Below the pieces are notes generated by a model that was not told the DNA's origin, did no database searches, and saw only the letters and a program-made list of their open reading frames with translations. Source: Macrostomum lignano (Eukaryota). Taken from it: a stretch of 64,000 bases of DNA. Numbering within the stretch: the first letter of the stretch is position 1; each line of letters opens with the position of its first letter. Of this stretch, positions 24,660 through 37,383 are shown piece by piece. The stretch covers positions 124,001 to 188,000 of the forward strand of contig NIVC01000197.1 in the NCBI GenBank assembly GCA_002269645.1. The letters are read 5' to 3'. The translations under genes and the position numbers were made by a program.

Positions 24660-27600
24660 TGCCCAAAAACGCTCGGAAAGCTCAAATCGGCGCGGGAAAG
24701 CTCAAATTGGCGCCGGAAGTCAAATTTGGCGCCAGGATCACCAAATCTACGCCAGGGATCGCCGAATCAGCGCCGGAATGCTGAAATCCGCTCGAGAAAA
24801 CCTAAACCAGCGCTGGAGAGCTGAAACCAGCGCTAGAAAGCTCAAATTGGCGCAGGATAGCTCAAATTGGCGCAGGATAGCTCAAATTGGCGCAGGATAG
24901 CTCAAATTGGCGCAGGATAGCTCAAATTGGCGCAGGATAGCTCAAATTGGCGCGGGATAGCTCAAATTGGCGCAGGATAGCTCAAATTGGCGCAGGATAG
25001 CTCAAATTGGCGCCGGTCGGCGCCAGGATCACCGAATCAGCGTCGGAATTCTAAAATCAGCGCCAAAAAGCCCGGACCAGCGCTAGAAAGCTCAAATCGG
25101 CGCAGGATAGCTCAAATCGGCGCAGGATAGCTCAAATTGGCGCGGGAAGTCAAATTTGGCGCCAGGATCACCAAATCGGCGCCAGGATCGCTGAATAAGA
25201 GCCGGAATGCTGAAAACAGCGCCAAAAAGCCCGGATCCAGCGTTGGAAAGCTGAAATCGGCGCAAGATAGCTAAAATTGGCGCGTGAAAGCTCAAATTGG
25301 CGCCGAAAGTCAAATTTGGCGCCAGGATCGCCGAATCGGCGCCAGGATCATCAAATCGGCCCCAGGATTGCTGAATCAGCGCCGGAATGCTGAAATCAGC
25401 TCAAGAAAACCTAAACCAGCGCTAGAAAGCTCAAATCGGCGCAGGATAGCTCAAATAGGCGCGGGAAAGCTCAAATTGGCGCCGGAAGTCAAATTTGGCG
25501 CCAGGATCACCAAATCGGCGCCAGGATCGCTGAATCAGCGCCGGAATGCTGAAATCAGCTCAAGAAAACCTAAACCAGCGCTAGAAAGCTCAAATCGGCG
25601 CAGGATAGCTCAAATTGGCGCGGGAAAGCTCAATTTGGCGCCGAAAGTCAAATTTGGCGCTAGGATCACTAAATCGGCGCGAGGATCGCCAAATCAGCGT
25701 TGGAATGCTGAAATCAGCGCCATAAAGCTTGGACCAGCGCTGGAAAGCTTAACTTGGTGCGGTAAAGCTCAAATTGGCGCCGAAAGTCAAATTTGGCGCC
25801 AGGATCGCCGAATCGGCGCCAGGATCATCAAATCGGCGCCAGGATCATCAAATCGGCGCCAGGATCGCTGAATCAGCGCCGAAATGCTGAAATCAGCTCA
25901 AGAAAACCTAAACCAGCGCTAGAAAGCTCAAATCGGCGCAGGATAGCTCAAATAGGCGCGGGAAAGCTCAAATTGGCGCCGGAAGTCAAATTTGGCGCTA
26001 GGATCACCAAATCGGCGCCAGGATCGCTGAATCAGCGCCGGAATGCTGAAATCAGCTCAAGAAAACCTAAACCAGCGCTAGAAAGCTCAAATCGGCGCAG
26101 GATAGCGCAAATCGACGCGGGAAAGCTCAAATTGGCGCCGGAAGTCAAATTTGGCGCCAGGATCACCAAATCGGCGCCAGGATCGCCGAATTAGCGCCGG
26201 AATGCTGAAATCAGCTTGAGAAGACCTTAACTAGCGCTGGAAAGCTCAAATTGGCGCTAAAAAGCCCGGACCAGCGCTGGAAAGCTCAAATCGGCGCGGG
26301 AAAGCTCAAATTGGCGCCGGAAGTCAAATTTGGCGCCAGGATCACCGAATCAGCGCCGGAATGCTAAAATCAGCGCCAAAAAGCCCGGACCAGCGCTAGA
26401 AAGCTCAAATCGGCGCAGGATAGCTCAAATTGGCGCGGGAAGTCAAATTTGGCGCCAGGATCACCAAATCGGCGCCAGGATCGCTGAATAAGAGTCGGAA
26501 TGCTGAAAACAGCGCCAAAAAGCCCGGATCCAGCGTTGGAAAGCTCAAATCGGCGCAAGATAGCTAAAATTGGCGCGTGAAAGCTCAAATTGGCGCCGAA
26601 AGTCAAATTTGGCGCCAGGATCGCCGAATCGGCGCCAGGATCATCAAATCGGCCCCAGGATTGCTGAATCAGCGCCGGAATGCTGAAATCAGCTCAAGAA
26701 AACCTAAACCAGCGCTAGAAAGCTCAAATCGGCGCAGGATAGCTCAAATAGGCGCGGGAAAGCTCAAATTGGCGCCGGAAGTCAAATTTGGCGCCAGGAT
26801 CACCAAATCGGCGCCAGGATCGCTGAATAAGAGCCGGAATGCTGAAAACAGCGTCAAAAAGCCCGGACCAGCGTTGGAAAGCTCAAATCGGCGCAAGATA
26901 GCTAAAATTGGCGCGTGTAAGCTCAAATTGGCGCCGGAAGTCAAATTTGGCTTCAGGATCACCAAATCGGCGCCAGTATCGCCAAATCAGCGCTAAAAAG
27001 CCCGGACCAGCGCTGGAAAGCTCAAATAGGCGCGGGAAAGCTCAAATTGGCGCCGGAAGTCAAATTTGGCGCCAGGATCACCAAATCGGCGCCAGGATCG
27101 CTGAATCAGCGCCGGAATGCTGAAATCAGCTCAAGCAAACCTAAACCAGCGCTAGAAAGCTCAAATCAGCGCTAGAAAGCTCAAATCGGCGCAGGATAGC
27201 TCAAATTGGCGCGGGAAAGCTCAATTTGGCGCCGAAAGTCAAATTTGGCGCCAGGATCACTAAATCGGCGCGAGGATCGCCAAATCAGCGTTGGAATGCT
27301 GAAATCAGCGCCATAAAGCCCGGACCAGCGCTGGAAAGCTTAAATTGGCGCGGGAAAGCTCAAATTGGCGCCGGAAGTCAAATTTGGCGCCAGGGTCACC
27401 AAATCGGCGCCAGGATCGCTGAATCAGCGCCGAAATGCTGAAATCAGCTCAAGAAAACCTCAACCAGCGCTAGAAAGCTCAAATCGGCGCAGGATAGCGC
27501 AAATCGGCGCGGGAAAGCTCAAATTGGCGCCGGAAGTCTAATTTGGCGCCAGGATCACCAAATCGGCGCCAGGATCGCCGAATTAGCGCCGGAATGCTGA

Positions 27601-27880
27601 AATCAGCTTGAGAAGACCTTAACTAGCGCTGGAAAGCTCAAATTGGCGCTAGAAAGCTCAAATCGGCGCAGGATAGCTCAAATTGGCGCGGGAAAGCTCA
27701 ATTTGGCGCCTAAAGTCAAATTTGGCGCCAGGATCACCAAATCGGCGCCAGGATCCCCAAATCAGCGCTGGAATGTGCCAACGAGCGTAGAAGTGGCAGC
27801 ATATATCAGCTTGCTACTTCTGGGCGCCAAGTTTAATATACCGGCGCCAATTTCAGCCTTTGGGCGCCAATTTTAGCGCC
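24660..27880. repeat. GGCGCC-rich compound satellite (~20-bp monomers, 159-bp higher-order unit)
   Basis: Monomers such as ggcgcaggatagctcaaatt and ggcgccaggatcaccaaatc; 159-bp period (25384 to 25543); pure 20-mer run ~24835-25015. Confidence 0.95.
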
Positions 27881-28350
27881 CTGGCAAGGTCAATGCATTT
27901 AGTTCTCACTCAATGGAGCCGAAAAAAAGTTTTTTTTCTATTTTGAATTAGTGCCATGTATCTTGACAACCAATGCGAGTCAAGTTCTGGCGTCTGCTTC
28001 TCCACAGCCCCGCAATGGCATATCCTAACCATTGTGGGCTGGTCCGCGCTAAGGGAGCCCACCCCACCGTGGGGCGGACCCCGCTAACGGGCTATTTTTA
28101 GCGTGGGATGGGCTCCGCTAACGGGCGGCCATAAACTGAGCGGTGCCCGACCGGTCATTAACAACCGTAAACGTCACCCCGTAAAGGGGCACGCTTACGG
28201 GCAATTAATTCCACGGTCGGAGTACGAAGGCAGAGAGACGCGAACTTGGGAGAACGAGGCACGCAGACGAGCAAAAAGAGCCCAAGGCCCAAAGGAAGCA
28301 AGACAAGGCGGGGAAGAGGGCAAGCGCACGAAGATAGCGGGAAAAAACGT

Positions 28351-29150
28351 TTAACGGAGGCAAAGCGCCGGCTGACGCGCTGCACGGTCATCTGGAGGTC
28401 CGCCACCGGCAGCTAGACATACCGGTGGACCGCTTCGCTTCGCCATGGCGCCGCTCTTAAGGAAGGAAGTCGCTCCTCCGCGCCGCAACGAGTGGGTCGA
28501 GCCTGGCTGCCGCGCCAGCTCGCTTGAGCAGCCGGCAGAAGAAATTGCGAGTAAGCGGCAGCAACTCATGACCTTTGCGAAATGCGAACAGATGACAACT
28601 CGAGGCGCGGGGCTGTTGAGCTGCAAATGGCGCAGAAGAGCTTCAAACGGACATAGATCGAGGCGAGCCCCAGACGAAGGCTTCAGGCGTGGAATCCAAA
28701 CGCGGTGGACTCTAGAGCAAATTGATTAGTCTTACTCTGCCGGATGAGGACCCAGAAACCGTCGCGCTGCAGACTGACGTCGCTTGTCAGCACCGCTGAA
28801 TCCCTCGGCGTGCCCGCCCCACGCAGAGATTGAGCACAGAGGTTGGCGCAACGAAGCATGCCGTAAAAACCCACTAGCAAGCAACACCACATCGAGGCTC
28901 CTACCGGAGAGCCTACCTCCATACGCGGCCGCAGCCGTAGCAATGCCTTGGGGCTCAGACCGGCCTTCGGCCTCGGCACCGAGCCGATATCGCGCTGAAC
29001 TCCCCACAGTGTCGCCTGGACCAGCGAGCTCTGGGCGGAGACTGGCACACCGTGGAGGCGCTGCAGCCACGCGACAGCGTGCAGATAGGGCCGGAAGCTC
29101 TGAGACGAGCGCAGGCGGCGCTGCTGCCAAAGGTGCGCGATGTACATGGC
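28351..29150 (-). pseudogene. Tyrosine recombinase of the YR retrotransposon (frameshifted)
   Basis: YLHAVAWLQRLHG, LLVGFYGMLRCANL (catalytic R), IRQSKTNQF (K), HSLRRGGAT (HxxR). Confidence 0.88.
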
Positions 29151-29399
29151 AACCTGCTCGCCGGCGGCGTGGACAGGGTCGAATCCGAGCTGGGCAGCGA
29201 ACGCGAGCCAGGAGGCGAGTTGTGAAGGGATTGCGCGCCGCGAGCTGGGAGCGAGTGAGGAGCGGAGCAGATGAGAGAGCCCAGTCCGTAGAGCCGCATC
29301 GCCAGTGACCGGACCTGGAAAGCGAGAAAATTTGCGGCAGCCAGACCAATCGAATGCGCGGAAAATGAAACTGGGTCAATGAGCAAAGTTTTGTAGAAA

Positions 29400-30850
29400 C
29401 GGCACGCAAAGTTAATCAGGTGAGCGGGATCATGCAGCCTAGACGCGGGGTCACTCAGGATCTGGTCCCACCCGGGCACGTGGAAGATGTTGAACCGGAT
29501 TTTGAGACGCAGCGCCGTCAGCACTGCCGACCGCATGAGCCGCCTCATAGCAGGGCACCCGGAAGTACCGCGCCGGATCATTCCGACGACGGCAGTGTTG
29601 TCGGTGTAGAAGGTCACCTCCGAGTTTGGCAGCCGGTCACGAAAACGGACGATGAAGATGAGAGGAACGATCGCTTCCAAATGGTTGATGGGAAGGCCCT
29701 TGAAGGCGCCGTCGCAGTCTAGGTCCCAATTGATGTAGAGCTAATCATGCTGGACACCATCGCTGAAGATGGCCGCTCCACCTTTAAGACAAGCGTCAGT
29801 CTCAACAACGATACGAGAGCCGGGCTGCGGCCACAGCTCGAGGCCTGCGGGCCCGTCAGTAGCGCTACTCCAGAACACCAGTTCAAAGCGCACAGTGGCA
29901 TCAATCTTCAGCTTGTGGTGCGGCTTGGCAAGGGAGTTGCACAAGTCGATGAGGTCCCGAAGAAAGCATCTACCGGAGCGGGCAACCTCGCAAAACCAGC
30001 CAAGTTTGGCACAAAGCCGTTGGAGCTGTCTCTTAGAAACACGAGAGTGAGACAGGTGAGTGTCCAGAATATCCCGGAGCTCCTGAAGTTTCTCCTGCGG
30101 GAGACTCAGTGTGCCGAGAGAAGTGTCGATTTTGATTCCGAGAAAAATGAGGGATTGGCATGGTTCGACTACTTTCTTCCAGTTAATGGCCAGGCCCAGG
30201 TCTCGCAGCAGCGCCAGAAGGGCAAAGAAGGCCTCATTGCATTCTTCGAGTGAAGACCCAACGCAGCAGAAGTCATCCAGCTAGTTGCAGAACCGAGTGA
30301 AGCCGCGCCTAGCCATCATACGCTTAACTGCTTGAGAAAGACGATGAAAAACTTCAACGCTAGCTGAGGGGCCAAAGCCAAGCGCGGTGTCGATAATGTA
30401 GGTCGGCTTGGTGTCGCCACTGAAGGTCCACTTGATGCCGGTGGCGCCGAAGCAGCGGGTCGAGATAGGGCAAGACTGATAGGCATCCATCAGATCGACT
30501 TTTGCCATGTACCAGCCAGGACGCAGCATCCGAGTGAGCTTCGAGACGGTCGAGAACTTCAGCTTCTGCTTAGCCGTACGATAGGAGTTAATGGAATGAC
30601 ATTCCGGGACGCTAGCGTCGTGGATGATGCGCAGGCCCCCAGATGACTTAGGAACAGTACCCAGAGGACTGACAATAGCTGGCTTGAATGAAGTAGTCAC
30701 ATAGCGACCGTTTGAAATCTCTTTCTTGATCGCTGCTTCGATCAATTCGCGATTCTCAAGGCAGGTGGTCGACTGATAGTTGGAGATCTCGGTAGGAGTA
30801 AAATCGAAAGTGTCAGTGACGTCAAATCCATTAGCAATTCCGTTAAGTTG
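29400..30850 (-). pseudogene. Reverse transcriptase + RNase H of the YR retrotransposon
   Basis: SPLGTVPKSSGGLRIIHDAS, KVDLMDAY, GFGPSAS; the TAG at 30281-30283 directly precedes LDDF (YLDD tyrosine replaced by a stop). RNase H motifs ETDACLKG, LEA, YTDNTAVV, HVPG..SDPASR. Confidence 0.9.
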
Positions 30851-31670
30851 TTGCAGAGCTGGCGTCGATCAGCCGCATCGTGAAGAGGCTGCTTAGACGC
30901 GGCTTTCTTATTCTGAGATTCCACCTCTCCTGGGGCGAGAATATGCTTAGCGAGCAGCTGGACCGACTCGGTACCCCAGTGAAATCCGTACTGGTGCTGG
31001 TTGATGCGGTAAGCCTCATCAAATCTCATCAATTTGGTGGTCGCGAAGCCCGCCTCGGCCAGCTCTGCGAGCTGGATGTTGAAGGCTAGGTATTGCCGCA
31101 GCTGCGTGACATCAATGGAGCCATCCGGCCTCACAGAGAGCAGCTTTCCCCGTGAGAGCATATGGTCTAGGATCCTGGCATTACCGATGACCCACTGAGG
31201 AATGGTGAGGGTGTCGGTGCTAGCTGCTTTACTTGCTTTGAAAACGATGGCGCGACCTTTGTCCTTCGCAATTGTACTTTCGTTAGGCAGGTGAGGCTGT
31301 AGAAAGTTCGCCACCAGCAAAGGGCCAGACTCTGTAGTCGGTGCTGAAGCTGTGTGGTTGCTATCCCCGCCCTATAAAATTGAGCGGATAAGTTCAAACA
31401 TACTCTGATCCGGCTGAAGCGGCTGGAGTGAAACCTTGGGCGGCTTGGTTGTCCATGCCGAGTTCCGTTCGGAGTTGCCGCTCCTCCCGCTGCAGCTTGA
31501 GAAGGTGGATCCGTCTTTCGGCCTCTAGGATCTTGCGCTCGACGTCAGGCCCGGTCACAGCGGCTGGACCGGAACTCCGGCTCCTCCCTCGGTCTGGGCG
31601 GCTGTCTTAGACCGGCAGGTTGCTCGGCGTCGCGAAGTTCCAGAATGCGGGTAGCCATGTTTTTCTTTGA
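30780..31670 (-). pseudogene. gag-like ORF1 of the YR retrotransposon (frameshifted)
   Basis: QWVIGNARILDHML...QYLAFNIQLAELA...MRFDEAYRINQHQYGFHWG, resembling DIRS/Ngaro gag; positioned upstream of RT. Confidence 0.6.
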
Positions 31671-32276
31671 GCCACGTTTAGCGGCAGAGCGGGTCATACC
31701 AAGGTCGATTAAAATTTCAATTAGACAATCGCGTGAGAAGCCCGGCCTCCAGTTCATTGGCTGAAAGGTGCTTGTAGTCGCGACGCTCCATAAGATAAAA
31801 AATTGATGTCTACGACGTAGAAAAATCAACTCGCGCAAACAGAGCGCAAAGGAGCGGTGCCCGACCGGTCATTAACAACCGTAAACGTCACCCCGTAAAG
31901 GGGCACGCTTACAGGCAAGATGATGTTGCAACAGACGACGCAGTCCAGCCATTGGTGGCAAGCACTCTATGCTGTTTACTAACTGCAAATAAAGTGTTTA
32001 CTGCTGATTTTTAGAGTTCTAAACATATCTAATAAGAGGAAGTTCCACAACTGCTGTTTAAAATTGCCCCTTTTTGAGACACCCGTTGTATCTGCGCAGC
32101 AACTAGACGAAAAATCCACTCGTTCAAAAGACTGTCCTGATAAAAATGCGTAGTCTAGCGTAGATTTTATTTGGTAATATCATGGATCTTAAGTTCCCTT
32201 AGATAAGCCACTCAGCGACCACAAGCTTGCCCATAGAGCCTTCGTCTTTCTTGAAAATTTTTGCGACCACAGTATC

Positions 32277-32751
32277 AGGTCAGTAGCTTGTGGGCATATC
32301 AATGGATTTTTAAGGCATATTTAGCTACTTTCAGTATAATGCTTGCAAATGATGTGTATTTCACTTGAATCAGCGAATGAAAAATTGTTATTCAATCTGT
32401 GCTGCCGTCCGTTGTTCATTCCGTACGCAGAAGGTGCAAAGTGGAGACTGTATATCTTCGTGTTGTGTTTCCTGACATTCTGGAGATCGACTTCGGGGTC
32501 GCTTAACGCGTCAATCCACTTCTGGGCAGCGGAGTCATTGTTAGGAAATTTGTGCAGCGAGATGTTGACTCCATCACAATTTGTGTGCTGAAGCCCCGAA
32601 CACAACAGCTCCTCAAATTCAGGACTCTTTTGCCCATTTGTTTGATAGCAAAGCGCAAAGACGCGAGGACCGGTGAACTTTGTGTCTGCTTGCGAATATT
32701 TTAGCAACCAAGGCAAGAATATATGTCTATGTCCCTTTAGGCTACTGACCT
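32277..32751 (-). pseudogene. Degenerate THAP domain relic bracketed by an 11-bp inverted repeat
   Basis: ISLHKFPNNDSAAQKWIDALSDPEV...KIYSLHF...RL (CxxHF Cys changed to Tyr); N-terminal SCCVRG in a shifted frame; aggtcagtagc (32277-32287) / gctactgacct (32741-32751). Confidence 0.7.
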
Positions 32752-32842
32752 CACAATTTGCGTGGTCGTTCTTTTCCTATTGAATGCTTTGAGAGTGGCC
32801 TATCTAGGGAATATAAGATCTATGGTAATATTGAGTAATGTC

Positions 32843-33138
32843 CATGGATGAATAATATAACTGGATCGCCAGAAGCTCGATTTTTTTGGTCCTAGCCATA
32901 GACAAGCACCAGCATCACAAGAAGCTCAGAATGCCGTACTTTCACACATAGACAAATAGCCGCTGCAGAAGCTGCAAACCTTTATTTATAAGTATTCTAT
33001 TTTATGTCCAAGCACATGCTCGCAATATATGCAGGGTGAAAGTACGGCATTCTGAGCTTCTTGTGATGCTGGTGCTTGTCTATGGCTAGGACCAAAAAAA
33101 TCGAGCTTCTGGCGATCCAGTTATATTATTCATCCATG
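32843..33138. mobile_element. P-element-like MITE (296 bp, 103-bp inverted arms)
   Basis: Arms 32843-32945 and 33036-33138 read as perfect reverse complements; 8-bp TSD GTAATGTC at 32835-32842 and 33139-33146; terminus CATGGATGAATAATATAACTGG. Confidence 0.85.
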
Positions 33139-34195
33139 GTAATGTCCCGTAACATCGTCATCTTTATGTCTATGTTTTATATGACATTAAGCATGCCTCT
33201 TCTACAAACCATTGAAATCACGAGGGCCTTCGAAGGATTTGTCTGAAAATAGCTCCATCAAAAGGCATGCTTAATCTTCTACGTGTAGCTTCCTTTTGCA
33301 AGTAGCAGGGGGCGTTGACTACAGTGTATATGGAATGGTTCACAGATGACAAACGCGGAAATATTATGTCGAACAGTCGGAATGTTAGAAGCAGATTGTA
33401 CTCTTCGAACAGTTGCCAACCACTTCGGGAGGTCGCTAAGTACACTTGTTTGGTGCAGACTCCTCTGCTCCCTTTAGTTAATAACCAACTGCACCTGTAG
33501 ATATCGCAGCTCAGGTGTTTTGAGTACATACAAAAATGAAAACAGAAACCTCAGACTGTCTTAAGATGGCTCAAACGGCTTTAAAAAATCATTGTACGAG
33601 TCTCTGTGTGGCGTTACGGCTTTCTTTTATATTTTCTGATCAATTTCTCGGGCACTCGGGCAGTAGAGATTGCGTCCGCTGGTCATGGATATTTGGAGCC
33701 AGCTGATTTGACGAATGAAAAGTGGTAAAAAAATATCTTTCTCGACTGCTAACGAGTTTTAAAAACCAATTTTTGCTTAAATAAGGCAACTTTTACACTT
33801 GAGAGCTTTGCTAATCTAAAAAAACTACGATTGAAAGTTAGCATTTCAGGACAACATAACACAAACAGTTTTACTGCTGGACTGCAGAAAATTCGGAGTT
33901 TCTTGCAAAAAATATCATAATTAAGGAAAATTGCAGTCTGATTTAGCTTTGTTAATAATCAGTCGAATTGAAGTACACGAGAAGGGAGGTTTGCAAATTT
34001 TCTAGGAAAAACTCAACGACAAGACTACATAAGCGAGGCGCAGATAAAATCGAGAATGACTTTATGTTGAAAAATAGATTAAAAATCTATAGTTCTGAAA
34101 ATTTTTTTGTCATTTTCGAATGTTTTTCGAGTATTATAGATCGAATATGGACAGCAGGTGTGTGGAAATCAGCAGTTTTCTTTCCGCTTTCTTCT

Positions 34196-36478
<2,283 letters not shown>

Positions 36479-37383
36479 GATTTTAGGCTTTGGCAGTTGC
36501 AGTGGCGATAGCTAATTTCTTTTGTTGCTGTGCTGATGAGTATACTGATGTCGAGTCCGCGGAAAATGGTTTGAGTAGAATAAAACCAGAGGCTTTAAGC
36601 GGGAGGGGCGGGAGAGGGGCGGCAGAGGGCGGCAGAGGGAGGGAGAGGGAGGGACAGGGAGGGAGAGGTGGTTGGCTCAGGCTCAAGAGCTCACCCTGAG
36701 CGCTGCAGCAAGGTTTCTCTTTCTCTCCTGTTGGCCTTTGTTATAGCAACGGCAACGCAGGTAGAAATTGCGGGGGGTGAGTTGAGAAGCAAAAGAAAAC
36801 TCAGAACGAACGGGTGAACTAGCAGGGGGGGGTAAGGGATCGTACTCTGGGTTTGTTCGAAGAAAGGCAAGGTAAAAGCCTAGAAAGGAAAGGCAAGGAA
36901 ACTGCGATGATGGTCTTTACTTTGAGTAGCTGAGGGCGGCTCTCCTGCGTGCGAGAGGTTGGCGACTGGCCTTGGAGCAGAGGGAGAGGCAGAGATCTAT
37001 GACGAGCAGACAGAATAGAAGCATGCGGGCTCTGTGCAAGTCTCCTAGCCGAGGAGGGGTGAGACCTTGGTTTCACAGGATTTGCTGTGGCAACGGTGTG
37101 CTCAGCCAGAGAGCTGCAAGCACTGGGAGATGGGGTTGAGCTGCAGGGCGAGGGAAGGTAGGAATGATCGCACGCTGGGGTTCCAGGCGAGGACCGGGGG
37201 GTCGAGATTTGAGGACGGCTAAGCCTTCCTCCATTTATGACGGAGTCAGTGGAGCTGTATGGATAATGACGCATAGGAAGAGGCTGAGCAAGTACAGAAC
37301 TCTATTCTTAAATTTCCAGCAGCTGTGATTTTTGCAGGATATTAAGAAAAAAGTCTCACAGTTTCTGCTACCAGTTGTCCAAA

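Larger units (their letters stand above)
28138..31918 (-). mobile_element. Degenerate tyrosine-recombinase retrotransposon (Ngaro/DIRS group)
   Basis: Minus-strand order gag, RT, RNase H, YR. A near-identical ~67-bp direct repeat (gagcggtgcccgaccggtc...gcacgcttacRggcaa) lies at 28138-28204 and 31852-31918. Multiple stops and frameshifts. Confidence 0.9.

Noticed and set aside
27840-27885. Possible hAT TIR (..ttagcgccctg) ending the GC-rich satellite
   Set aside because: No matching inverted terminus or TSD was found at the left side.
28732-30253. Long GC-rich ORFs overlapping the retrotransposon in other frames and strands
   Set aside because: Shadow ORFs of RT/RNase H/YR coding sequence without independent motifs.
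36490-37310. Purine-rich segment with a 151-aa minus-strand ORF
   Set aside because: No recognisable domain; may be a retroelement ORF1 relic or the tetraspanin upstream region, but unassignable without a search.
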